Positions 1 through 12,088 are shown, counted from the first letter of the stretch. The stretch: DNA of 64,000 nucleotides from Octopus sinensis (GCF_006345805.1 NC_043015.1:49538001-49602000), one strand, 5' to 3'. Numbers and translations: made by a program. The notes: generated from the sequence alone by a model not told the origin.

Positions 1-11
1 CATATACATAT

Positions 12-46
<35 letters not shown>

Positions 47-105
47 AATACATATATGCGTGTATGCAGACAGACACACACACCACACTCACACTCACAC
101 ACACA

Positions 106-142
<37 letters not shown>

Positions 143-355
143 TCACACACACACGCGCACCTATATTTGGATTCACGACATATGCTTACAAATAAAAGTG
201 CTTGATACGCTGCTGGGAAAGAGTAATAATAACAATTTTGGTTCTACAATGAAAATCAGATGAAAAAAACAAAAAAAAACAAAAAGAGAAACGCATCAAA
301 AATAGCTAAAATAACATTAAAAACTATATATATGCACATATATATACCTATATCA

Positions 356-395
<40 letters not shown>

Positions 396-397
396 AA

Positions 398-440
<43 letters not shown>

Positions 441-444
441 TCTA
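1..444. repeat. Compound TA/CA/TC microsatellites
   Basis: Direct dinucleotide runs. Confidence 0.95.
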
Positions 445-765
445 AGACTCCGCCGGTTACGACGACGAGGGTCCCAGCTGATACGATCAACGGAACAGCT
501 TGCTCGTGAAATTAACGTGCAAATGGCTGAGCATTCCACAGACACGTGTACCCTTAACGTAGTTCTCGGGGATAATCAGCGTGACACAGAGAGTGACAAG
601 GCTGACCCTTTGAAATACAGTACAACTCATTTTTGCCAGCTGAGTGGACTGGAGCAACGTGAAATAAAGTGTCTTGCTCAAGGACACAACGCGTCGCCGG
701 GAATCGAACTCACAACCTTACGATCATGAGCCGAATGCCCTAACCACTAAGCCACGCGCCCTCAC
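445..765 (-). mobile_element. tRNA-derived CORE-like SINE (head B + tail X), full length, young
   Basis: Minus strand has A-box (tggcttagtggtta), B-box (gttcgattccc) and CORE-like tgtccttgagcaagacact; about two differences from 61519-61842. Confidence 0.85.
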
Positions 766-797
<32 letters not shown>

Positions 798-1116
798 TTA
801 TATATATTTATACATATATCTATATACATGTGTGTATATATATGTACACACACAGATACGCAGATATATGCATACATACACATACATATACGCGTACATA
901 TGCGCACACGTACACACGTACAAACTCACACACACACACACACATTTGTATTAGATGTGCCTAAGAGTTAAGATTTTAAGTTTGTGCTATAATTTGAGAT
1001 GGAAATGTCTTGAGGGAATAAACGGCGATAGCGATTATATGGCAGCATCTATGAAATGAGGTATTGGTTGGAAATTGCAACGCGATAGAAGGCAGAGAGA
1101 AGAAGGATGAGTAAGG

Positions 1117-1183
<67 letters not shown>

Positions 1184-1278
1184 GGAAATGGTGTATGTCC
1201 ATCAGTTTTTTCTCATTGCGCACGACTTAACGCACAACAGGGTTGGAAATAAAGTCTGCTTCATATCCATATGAATTT

Positions 1279-1312
<34 letters not shown>

Positions 1313-1409
1313 TGCGTGTGTGCGTGTGTGTGTGTGCGTGCGTGCGTGTGTGTGTGTGTGTAGATAGATAGATAGATACGAGGTGATATGAAAAGGTTCC
1401 CGGACTCTC

Positions 1410-1600
1410 TCTTGACTCTTTTACCTGTTTCAGTCATTTGACTGCGGCCATGCTGGAGCACCGCCTTTAGTCGAGAAAAGCCTAGTACTTATTCTATCGG
1501 TCTTTTTTGCCGAACCGCTAGTTTACAGGGACGTAAACACACCAGCATCGGTTGTCAAGCGATTTTGGGTAGGTCAAACGCAAACACACAAACATATACA
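1410..1600 (-). mobile_element. SINE family C, 3' half
   Basis: Matches the 3' half of 63480-63891. Confidence 0.75.
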
Positions 1601-1649
1601 CACACACATACATACATACATACATACATACATACATACATACATAAAC

Positions 1650-1680
<31 letters not shown>

Positions 1681-1682
1681 TA

Positions 1683-1807
1683 CGTGACCACGTGATCACG
1701 TGACCGACCAGACCATAAGATGTTGTTACGCATCGCTGGTCACAATGCGTTTGCATTGTTTTAGCCTTCGCATTACGCCACCCCGCTGGCTAAGCGAGCA
1801 GGCCAAC
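1683..1807 (-). mobile_element. SINE tail Z fragment
   Basis: Reverse complement of the tail at 7485-7603. Confidence 0.7.
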
Positions 1808-1827
1808 ATACATACATACATATATAC

Positions 1828-1860
<33 letters not shown>

Positions 1861-1988
1861 TTTAACAATTAAGGATAATCTCTTAATAAGGGATCTTAAC
1901 AAGAAATTATCGGGTAGTTAGCGTGAAAACCTCATAAAAGAAAAGAATTCGAAAATAATTCCTTTCTTTTGAACAAATTAATTATATC

Positions 1989-2596
1989 TATATTGTATAG
2001 AGGGCATTATTACACATAAATGCCTCACACTAAGAGGGACAAAGTCATTACTACCAAAATTATACTAATCATACCCAAATGCAGTTTTTCAAAGCAAGAC
2101 ATTTAAAAAAAATGATTTAGTTCTGTATCACCGTGATTTCACATTCAACTTACGTCTTATGATCATCAGCAGAACTGATTCTGAACACATCATAAATAAA
2201 CTACCAACCTTACGTAGCGAAGACGAACAGACAACTGCTCACTCCGGCCAAGCACATGGAATGTTTATAAATCATATATCCGGTAAATGGCGGATATATC
2301 CGCCATTTACCGGATATATGATTTATAAACATTCCATGTGCTTGGCCGGAGTGAGCAGTTGTCTGTTCGTCTTCGCTACGTAAGGTTGGTAGTTATTTAT
2401 GATGTGTTCAGAATCAGTTCTGCTGATGATCATAAGACGTAAGTTGAATGTGAAATCACGGTGATACAGAACTAAATTCATTTTTTAAATGTCTTGCTTT
2501 GAAAAACTGCATTTGGGTATGATTAGTATAATTTTGGTAGTAAGACTTTGTCCCTCTTAGTGTGAGGCATTTATGTGTAATAATGCCCTCTATACA

Positions 2597-2601
<5 letters not shown>
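1989..2601. repeat. ~610-bp near-perfect spacerless palindrome (foldback/MITE-like)
   Basis: Centre ggata|tatcc at 2296/2297; ~305-bp arms differ by a few single-base indels; TA-rich flanks. Confidence 0.9.
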
Positions 2602-2680
<79 letters not shown>

Positions 2681-2724
2681 GTACATACATACATTACGTT
2701 GTATATACACCCTTATTACTGTAG

Positions 2725-2915
2725 ACACGAGATCCACACCTTAGGGAGAAGGGCAGTATTAGATTACATCGACCCCCAAAGCTCAACGAATATCTATCTT
2801 ATGAATTCCGAAAGGATGAACGCCAAAGTCAACGTGTTCGAATTTGAACTCAGAACGCAAAGACAGAAGAAACGCCATTTGTCCGTCCTGCTCACGTTTC
2901 TGTCAGGTTGCCGCC
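2725..2915 (-). mobile_element. Decayed Nin/Deu-domain-like SINE (family E)
   Basis: atcgacccc...gaaaggatgaa...gtcaac...tttgaactcagaacg motif series. Confidence 0.7.
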
Positions 2916-3034
2916 ATTGTATCTATAATAATTGGTGACAATCGACAATAAAATAATACTGGAAGGTTCCGTATTTTTCGTGGAATTCCAAATGATGTTT
3001 TGGAATATTTTTTTTCCTGTTGTTTTATTTTTTT

Positions 3035-3585
3035 TATAATCTTATTTTGTTTCAGTCATTAGACTGTAGCCATGTTGGGGCACCGCTTCGAGGAATTTTA
3101 GTCGATTGGTTCGACTCCAGTATTTTTATTTTTAAACTGGTAGTTATTATGTCGATCTCTTTTGCGAAACCCCGAAGGTACGGAGTGAGAGGGTGGGGTT
3201 AAGCACATTAAAACCGGTTGTCAAATGGTGAAGGAGGTCAAGCACAGACACAAAGATACACACACACACACAAAGACACACACACAATGACACACACACA
3301 CACACAAACACGCACTCACGCACCCAGACACACACTCAAACACACATGCACACACCCACACTCATACACACATACACGCGCACCTACACTCTCTCACACA
3401 CACACTCAACAAACATATACATGAAGTACTTCTTTCAGTTTCCGTCTACCATATCCACTCACAAGGATTTGATCGACCCGAGGCTATAGTAGAAGACATT
3501 TGTCCAAGATGCCACGCACTAGGACTGAACCTGGAACCATGTGGTTGGTAAATAAGCTTCTTACCGTACAGCCACTCCTACGCCT
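3035..3585 (-). mobile_element. SINE family C with internal CA microsatellite
   Basis: Head ggcgtaggagtggctgt, internal (CA)n and family 3' half. Confidence 0.75.
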
Positions 3586-3589
3586 CTTG

Positions 3590-3961
3590 GTCAAAACGCC
3601 GACGAGGGTTCCAGTTGATCTGATAAACGGAACAGCTTGCTCGTGAAATTAACGTTCAAGTGGCTGAGTACTACACAGACAGGTGTACCCTTAACGTATT
3701 TCTCGGGAGAGATTCAGCGCGACACAGAGCGTGACAAGACTGGCTCCTTGAAATACGGGTACAATAGAAACTTGAAGTAAGAGTGAGAGAAAGTTGTGGT
3801 AAAAGGGTGCAGCTGGGTTCGCCGCCACCCTTTGCCGGAGCCTCGAGGAGCTTTAGGTGTTTTCGCTCAATAAACACTCACAACGCCTGGTCTGGGAATC
3901 GAAACCGCGATCCTACGACCGCCAGTCCACTGCCCTAACCACTGGGCCATTGCGTCTCCAC
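3590..3961 (-). mobile_element. tRNA SINE head A + tail X
   Basis: Reverse complement of 16544-16922. Confidence 0.8.
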
Positions 3962-4314
3962 AGTTAAAACAGTGCCGAGCTTTCACCATCTGCGCACGTC
4001 TCACGGTTGACATGAAAATACGTTGGTTGAACAGAACACGTCATTGAAAAATGAGTTAATCCTACAGTCACATGACACTCAATTACCCAATCAATACCAT
4101 GTGTTATATGAATATATCTCCCAGGAAGCAATTCTCTTCAATCAACGCGGCATTATTACTTTACTCTTTCACAAATGTCTCAAGCGCTCCCATTCAGCCA
4201 TTTCTTCAACGTACGAAGAATTAAAGAGGAAAAAACGATGGGAAAAAAAAACAAAAAAAAAACATTCTTTTACTTTCATCTTATTGGCAATTACTGCAGT
4301 GGTTATTTTATGTA

Positions 4315-4915
4315 TATTTCTTTATTGCCCACAAGGGGCTAAACATAGAGGAGACAAGCAAGGACAGACAAAGGGATTAAGTCGATTACATCAACCCCAG
4401 TGCGTAACTGGTATTTTATTTATCGACCCTGAAAGGATAAAAGGCAAAGTCGACCTCGGCGGAATTTGAACTCAGAACGTAACGGCAGACGAAATACCGA
4501 TTTCTTTACTACCCACAAGGGGCTAAACATAGAGGGGACAAACAAGGACAGACAAAGGGATTAACTCGATTGTATCGACCCCAGAGCGTAACTGGTACTT
4601 ATTTAATCGATCCCGAAAGGATGAAAGGTAAAGTCAACCTCGGCGGAATTTGAACTCAGAACGTAACGGCAGACGAAATACCTATTTCTTTACTACCCAC
4701 AAGGGGCTAAACATAGAGGGGTCAAACAAAGACAGACAAAGGGATTAAGTCGATTACATCGACCCCAGTGCGTAACTGGTACTTAATTTATCGACCCTGA
4801 AAGGATGAAAGGTAAAGTCAATCTCGGCGGAATTTGAACTCAGAACGTAACGGCAGACGAAATACCGCTAGGAATTTCGCCCGGCGCGCTAACGTCTCTG
4901 CCAGCTCGCCGCCTT
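4315..4915 (-). mobile_element. Family E SINE trimer: one head + 3 x 184-bp body/tail A
   Basis: tttcttta(t/c)t at 4317, 4501 and 4685; ~20-bp direct repeat at 4295-4314 and 4916-4935 (2 mismatches). Confidence 0.9.
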
Positions 4916-5779
4916 TGCAGTTGTTATTTTATATACCAATAACGAAAGAATACTGCTGAATACATTTTATCGTATGGTTCACAGGCCGTAGAGCATGGAG
5001 CTTTTATTTTTTCTTTTTCTTTTTCTGAAGACACAAAAGATATATACAAATTATTTATCGGTTTCAAATTTTGGTATAAATTTCAGTACAAGGTCAATAG
5101 TTTCGCAGGGACATAGACCTCGCTGTTCAACCGATACTAACCTATTAAGTATTTTGCCCGGAGTGCTAATTAATCTTCCAAGCACGGTGTCTATCAGAGT
5201 TAAATAACAATTCGTAAAATCTATTGAAAGCGTCTATATTTATAGAAAAAAATCCGACGTAGCATGATATGCAATTTATTTTATTCATATAATATCATTG
5301 TTGGTTTTTCTTCCTGTGTCATTGAACTGCGACGATTGAGTAATGTGAGAAGTATTTTATGTAAAACTACGAGTGTTATTTCAACTGGCGTAACCTCTGT
5401 GAATTAAAAACGCGAGACGTTTCGCTCTAATTGGTTCTTATTATATTTACAAGGGCAAGTGTAGTGAATTCTCACATTTAATGACTGCGACATAAATTTT
5501 GTATCATTCACATACTTATCTTTGTGTGTTGATATGAAGGCAAATAGTGTAGTATTTAACGTGCTGAGCCACGATCATAAGGATGTGGTTTCGATTCTTA
5601 GATCGGATGGGATGTTGTGTCTTTGAGTAAAGCACATTATTTTCACTCTGTCCAGGTGAAAATAACTACCGCCTTATTACTGGTACAGCACCCTTACTCC
5701 GTCTCTCTCCAGCTGTCGTATCCTTGATGTTCCGCCGGGTTGAAATGTAGTAAATTTACCTTCTGAAGTTATACTGACT

Positions 5780-5990
5780 CACAAGGGCCGGTTTCCCGGT
5801 GTATACACGCCCCAGCTGGACGGGACGCCGGTCCGTCGCAGGATCACTCATTTTTGCCGGCTGAGTGGACTGAAACAACGTGAATGAAGTGTTTTGCTCA
5901 AGAACACAGTTCAACGCCCAGTCCAGGAATCAAAACTACAGTCTTACGATCATGCGCCCAACACCCCTAACCACTAAGCCACGCGCCTAC
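5780..5990 (-). mobile_element. tRNA SINE head B + tail Y
   Basis: Head as at 445-765; tail ggaaaccggcccttg as at 6273 and 62075. Confidence 0.7.
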
Positions 5991-6272
5991 TTCGTTGAAA
6001 TGTGGAAGGCAGAGATGTTGTCTATATCTCCTCACGACCACAAAGAATCCAGCAATAATTAACGGCTGCAACGGTACCGAGTTACAAAGTCACAATCGCT
6101 TTTAAGGACGGCTAAACTTTGACGCAGTGGTCCGCAGGTCCGCAACATAAGCTCATATGATCCCCGAGCAACCATATAAGATTAGTGGTGGTGGTATTGG
6201 GTGGGTGATACGCAAGCAAAATAGTAAATTTGGGATCCATAGTGGTATTTTAAGGGCCCATGAAAAGCTTTG

Positions 6273-6550
6273 TTGCTGTTTGTTCCTTCTCGAGCCATGC
6301 TTGGCTCATCAGGGCCGGTTTCCCGGTTCCCTTGGCGTATAGGTTCCCCACCTGGACTGGACGCCGGTCCGTCGCAGGTGAGCTGTAAGAGGAAAGAGTG
6401 AGAAAAAGTTGTGGCGAAAGAGTTAGAAGTTCGCCATTACCTTCTGACGGAGCCGCGTGGAGCTTAGGTGTTTCGCTCATAAACACACACATCGCCCGGT
6501 CTGAGATTCGAACCCGCGATCCCTCGCCCACTAAGCCATGTGCCTCCACA
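6273..6550 (-). mobile_element. tRNA SINE head D + tail Y
   Basis: 15-bp TSD ccatgaaaagctttg at 6258-6272 and 6551-6565; homologous to 62075-62385. Confidence 0.85.
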
Positions 6551-6679
6551 CCATGAAAAGCTTTGCTTTAGATGTATTTATTACAAGAAACATCATTGGT
6601 TTCTTTCTTTAGTGTTTTGCGTGGTTCAATCTACATAAGTTAATGTGTGAAAAGCAAATTTCAACTCTTGATTCGCGGG

Positions 6680-6905
6680 CCGAGTGGTGCATTCTGTCCT
6701 TGAGCGATACACTTCATTTCACGTTTCCCCAGTCCACTCAGCTGTAAATGTGGGTAACCCTATTTACAAGACAGGCTTTCCAATTGTGGGGAATGTTGGC
6801 CTGCTCGCCAAGTCAGCGGAGTGGCGTCATTTGGAAAACTAAAACAATGCGAAGCGAATTCTAACCAGCGATGTATAACAACATTCGATATGCTGGCCGA
6901 TCACT
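6680..6905 (+). mobile_element. CORE-like SINE body + tail Z, decayed
   Basis: tgtccttgagcgatacacttcatttcac followed by ttggcctgctcgcc...aaaacaatgcgaagcg. Confidence 0.6.
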
Positions 6906-7019
6906 CTATATAAATGCGTGTGTGTGTGTGAGAGAGAGAAAGAGAGAGAGAGAGAGGGAGAGAGAGAAAGAGAGAGAGAGGGAGAGAGAGAGAGAAGGAG
7001 GGAGAGAGAGACATATACT

Positions 7020-7155
7020 CTTCTACTCTAGGCACAAAGCCCGAAAGTTTGGGAGAGGGGGCCAGTCGATTAGATCGACCCCAGTGCGTAACTGGTACTT
7101 AATTTATCGACCCTGAAAGGATGAAAGGCAAAGTTGACCTCGGCAGAATTTGAAG
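7020..7155 (-). mobile_element. Family E SINE, 5'-truncated, tail B
   Basis: ttctactctaggcacaaagcccgaaa...atcgaccccagtgcgtaactgg. Confidence 0.75.
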
Positions 7156-7223
7156 AGAGAGACATCTATTGATAGAAAAATAGACAAATGTATATAATCA
7201 CACACACACACACACATACAATA

Positions 7224-7305
<82 letters not shown>

Positions 7306-7308
<3 letters not shown>

Positions 7309-7603
7309 GCGCAATTGCCCAGTGGTTAGGGCAGCAGACTCACGGTCGTAGGATCACGGTTTCGATTCCCAGACCGGGCGTTGTGAGTGTTTATTGAGCG
7401 AAAACACCTAAAGCTCCACGAGGCTCCGGCAGGGGGTTATGGTGATCCCTGCTGTACTCTTTCACCACAACTTTCTCTCACTCCTTCTGTTGGCCTGCTT
7501 GCTTAGCCAGCGGGGTGGCGTCATTGGAAGGCTAAAACAATGCGAAGCGCATTGTGACCAGCGATGTGTAGCAACATCTGATAGCCTGGTAGGTCACGGT
7601 GAT
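7306..7603 (+). mobile_element. tRNA SINE head A + tail Z
   Basis: ggcgcaattgcccagtggttagggcagc head with B-box ttcgattccc; tail shared with 1683-1807. Confidence 0.8.
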
Positions 7604-8000
7604 ATATATATATATTATATATATATATATATATATGCGTGTGTGTGTGTATGTGTGTTTGTGTGTGTCTGACTATGTATGTATGTATGTATACAGATTA
7701 AGATTTGAAAGTATATTCCATTGGTGTCGGGTGGAAATGAATAGGAAAATACTAAAGTAGAAATGGAAATGGCGAGACGGGTTATGCAATGGGGGATGAG
7801 AAAGAGATTGTAGAGAAGAAGAAGAAGAAGAGAGAGAGAGAGAGAGAGAGAGAGGAGGGTGGGAGAAGGAGGGAGAGGAAAATGACGAGACATTGAGAGA
7901 AGAATGAAAACAGAAGGTTACAAATACAAAGAGAGAAAAGGGAAAGTAAATAAGAAAGAAAAAGAACGAAAAACGAAAGAAAAATGAAGAAAAAGGAGAG

Positions 8001-8048
<48 letters not shown>

Positions 8049-8052
8049 ATAT

Positions 8053-8118
<66 letters not shown>

Positions 8119-8627
8119 AGTACAGAGAAGGAGAGAGAAAGGCAGAGAGAGAGAGAGGGGGGTTAGACAGAGAAGGTGAGGAGGGAAAGAGATGAAAGGA
8201 GAGTACAAACTTCAAGTTTGAAACAATGTTTTTAATTTGTCAAGAAAAGGTCTTTTCTCTGCGAATCATTTGATGTGATCTGCGAAAGTATTTAGTTAAA
8301 ATGTAACAGAAATGTCAGCTCCAATTTAGCAGCCGAAGCAGACGACGAAATCAGGAACAAACGTACGCTGTTGACATGGAATAACTAAGATAGTTGTTAT
8401 ATAGCACGGTTCATGATGCGATAGGGAGACACAGCTAATCACAAACCTTCGTTTTTTAATGTTTGTGGGACAAATAGCGATTTAATGACCTACTATTTTA
8501 ACCACACATCTTATAATGGTAAGAAAATCAATGTTTTACTGATAAATAGCTTCTGCTGGGTTGTCAGATAAATTTCCCATTTTTTTCATCCATTTTTACT
8601 TCATCTATTCTTCTCAGTCCATTACTC

Positions 8628-9047
8628 GGGTCTTTTCGGTTTGAACGGCAGTTTTTTTCTAGCGGTGTCATATGAAATTGTCACCCATAATTATGACCCT
8701 AGTATCGATCTATTGTATTTCAATCTGTTTTAGGGTTAGGGTTAGGGGTGGGAGGAAGGGTATCTTTTTTTCTTCAGAAATGTAAATAAACCCAATCTGT
8801 TTCTTAAACGAGGGACATATTCATACGGCACAGAATGTTTTTTTTTACCTCAATACACGTCATCGATTGGTTGAAATTGCAGAAATTAAAGAAAAAAAAC
8901 AACAAATATCTTACAAACTATAGAATTTTCTCAATAAAGCCAAGAGAAAAAGGTGTTTTATAAACACATTCTACAGGATACGAAGTTTAAAATTTTTTAG
9001 TTACCTAGAAATTATGTTAAAAACTGCCGTTCAAACCGAAAAGATCC
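8628..9047 (+). mobile_element. GGATC-TIR MITE with 8-bp TSD
   Basis: ~29-bp TIR gg(a)tcttttcggtttgaacggcagttttt; TSD cattactc at 8620-8627 and 9048-9055; internal ttaggg repeats. Confidence 0.9.
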
Positions 9048-9327
9048 CATTACTCCATGGTAGAGCCCCTATGTCATCTCCTCCGTAGAGTTTTCTCTGA
9101 AGCCACTGACATTAGATTTTCTGACTTGATTCCCAAGCGAGACTAACTAACACTATAGGCAGGAGCTAACCGTTCATTTTTTCTTTTCCATTGTAATTTG
9201 GTTGCTCATGAAAACAAGCTTTATTGTTGTGTTTTACGAGTTATTTTATGCTCTATTTTACCTCTACAAATTTTGTTTATCGCTTTTGAAATTTGAATAA
9301 ATTTTACCTCTATTAAGACACATGACA

Positions 9328-9735
9328 ATGGAGTACCAAATAGAAAAAAAGAATGAACGTTTTTGAAACCGGCTTCTCTTCGCTTCAAATTTATGCTCGA
9401 GACATTTGTGCTGTGTACGAAGAAGGCGCCATTGCTGAAAGAACTGCACAGAAATGGTTGCTCACGCTTCAAAGAAGGAAAATTCATTCAACCTCAAAGA
9501 CTCTCCGCATTCCAGCTGACATGTTCAGTTTAACAAGGGCCAATTGAACGAGATAATCCGCGAGGATCTACGCTAATCCACGGAGGAATTGGCCAAGCTG
9601 ATAGGATGTTTTATGATAGCGTCACCCGTCACCTTCACTCAGTGGTTAAGGTCCAAAATCTCGGTGCATTGGTGCCACATGCTCTAAGTTAAAGAGAAAA
9701 ACTCCGGCGCTCCTCTGTCACCGTGGCTTGGATGA
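9328..9735 (+). pseudogene. Decayed mariner transposase, N-terminal half
   Basis: Frameshifted MEYQIEKKNERF..LLFA / ARDICAVYEEGAIAERTAQKW / STEELAKLIG / LGALVPHALS, matching the mariner HTH and WVPHEL motifs. Confidence 0.8.
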
Positions 9736-9791
9736 ATTCCACAAAATTTCGGGCCTTGTACCCAGAGTAGAAAAGATTATTATTATTATTA

Positions 9792-9839
<48 letters not shown>

Positions 9840-9861
9840 CATTATCATCATTATTATTATT

Positions 9862-10770
9862 AAGGCGGCGAGCTGGCAGAGACGTTAGCACGCCGGGTGA
9901 AGTGCTTCGCGGTATTACGTCCGTCGCTACGTTCTGAGTTCAAATTACGCCGAGGTTGACTTTGCCTTTCACCCTTTCGGGTTACGCACTGGGGTCAATA
10001 TAATCGACTTCATCTGTTTGTCTGTCCTTGTTTGTCCTCTCTGTGTTTAACCCCTTGTGGGTAGTAAAGAAATAGGTATTTCGTCTGCCGCTACGTTCTG
10101 AGTTCAAATTCCACCGCGATCTACTTTGCCTTTCATCCTTTCGGGATCGAATACATTAAGTAGCAGTGAAATACTGGGGGTCGATGTAAACGGCGCATCC
10201 CCTCACCCAAAGTGGGTGCCCTTGTGGCAAAATTTGAAACCATTATTATTATTATTATTATTATTATTTTATTATTATTATTATTATATATTATTATTAT
10301 TATTATTATATATTATTATTATTATTATCATTATTATTATTAAGGCGGCGAGCTGGCAGAGACGTTAGCACGCCGGGTGAAGTGCTTCGCGGTATTACGT
10401 CCGTCGCTACGTTCTGAGTTCAAATTACGCCGAGGTTGACTTTGCCTTTCACCCTTTCGGGTTACGCACTGGGGTCAATATAATCGACTTCATCTGTTTG
10501 TCTGTCCTTGTTTGTCCTCTCTGTGTTTAACCCCTTGTGGGTAGTAAAGAAATAGGTATTCGTCTGCCGCTACGTTCTGAGTTCAAATTCCACCGCGATC
10601 TACTTTGCCTTTCATCCTTTCGGGATCGAATACATTAAGTAGCAGTGAAATACTGGGGGTCGATGTAAACGGCGCATCCCCTCACCCAAAGTGGGTGCCC
10701 TTGTGGCAAAATTTGAAACCATTATTATTATTATTATTATTATTATATTATTATTATTATTATCATTATT
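9862..10770 (+). repeat. 479-bp tandem duplication of a family E SINE composite (head-A-B) plus (ATT)n
   Basis: Identical ORF-track starts at 10126 and 10605; units nearly identical. Confidence 0.85.
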
Positions 10771-10934
10771 ATTATTTCGTCTTCGAAACGTGATTCGTAG
10801 GCTGTCAAAAGGAACAGTTTGTTTATCAACACCAGCCTTAAGAAACTCATTTGGAATGCAAATATTTGCTTTCTCATATTTCCCTCCACTTCCTCCAACA
10901 ATTATCATCATCATCATCATCATCATCGTCATTA

Positions 10935-11489
10935 TTGAGTGAGAGGGCAGTGCATGCCATCAAAGTGACACTGGGGTAAAATATACGAACCCCAATATAC
11001 CCATCATGACTACCCGTCTGATAAAGGTACACCAGTCACATGCATCACAACCATATGTGCGCGACATGGTGATCTCATATCAAGATAAACAGCACATGAC
11101 CTTGCAGGTGGGGCCCAGTTAGAATTTTCTTCAGGTTGAGTAGCCCATCCCGCTCAAACGGTCCCTGAATAAGGGTTGTTTAAGGATGTTGAAAGAACCA
11201 CCCATGTTTCCAGAGGTGAATTATTCAAACCCCAAAGAATCCCTCTCAACACATGGCTATGATGCTCTCCCACTACTTCTGCTCGTGATCAGAGATGCGC
11301 ATATCGTCAGCCACTAAGGGACATGCTCAACTGGTTAAGGTCAAACAACTGACAAGCAAATCTGTGGTATTGAACAGAATATTTGCTGTAGCCCATCTTT
11401 TGTACCAAGACAAAACAATGTACATGATAACACTTCCAATCAGTTAAGATCAGAAGCCATGAGAGCCACTGCCTGGTACTGCATCAGGG

Positions 11490-11495
<6 letters not shown>
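10935..11495 (+). mobile_element. Non-autonomous retroelement with (ATT)n tail
   Basis: 3' ~300 bp repeated at 12852-13148, both ending gcatcagggcatt(att)n. Confidence 0.7.
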
Positions 11496-11546
<51 letters not shown>

Positions 11547-11556
11547 CATTATTATT

Positions 11557-11785
11557 AAGGGGGCGAACTGGCAGAATCGCTGGCACGCCGGAGAAAAAGG
11601 CTCAGCGGTTTTTCATCCGTCTTTACGTTCTGAGTTGAAATCATGCCGCAGTTTATTTCGCCTTTCAATCCTTCGAGGTCGACAAAATAAGTAGCAGCTG
11701 CGTACTGGGGTCGATGTAATCGACCAGCACCCTCTCCCACCAAAAAATATTTCAGGCCTTGTGGTTCCAGTAGAAAGGATTGTTA
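11557..11785 (+). mobile_element. Family E SINE, tail B
   Basis: aagggggcgaactggcagaatcg head following (ATT)n. Confidence 0.75.
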
Positions 11786-11941
11786 TTATTATTATTATTA
11801 TTATTGAAGGCGGCGAGCACGACAGGCGAAATGCTTACATCCTGAGTTCTTACGTCTTTACATCCTCAGTTCAAATTCCGCTGTGGTCAACTTTGCTTTT
11901 AATCCTTTCGGGGTCGATAAAATAAACACTGGGGTCGATGT

Positions 11942-12088
11942 TAGTGAGAGAAAGTTGTGGTGAAAGAGCCTCGTGGAGCTTAGGTGTTTTTTGCTCAATA
12001 AATACTCACAATACCCGGTCTGGGAATCGAGACCGCGATCTTACGACCGCGAGTCCGCTGCCCTAACCACTGGGCCATTGCGTCTCCA
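11942..12088 (-). mobile_element. SINE head A fragment
   Basis: Reverse complement of the head at 16544. Confidence 0.7.

Noticed and set aside
4315-4915. Tandem repeats as a CRISPR array
   Set aside because: Units are contiguous 184-bp SINE parts without unique spacers; eukaryotic context and no cas genes
8309-8362. Possible plus-strand exon NVSSNLAAEADDEIRNK
   Set aside because: Weak acceptor and donor, no recognisable homolog
8725-8750. TTAGGG runs as telomere or fusion relics
   Set aside because: Only 2-4 units, located inside a MITE
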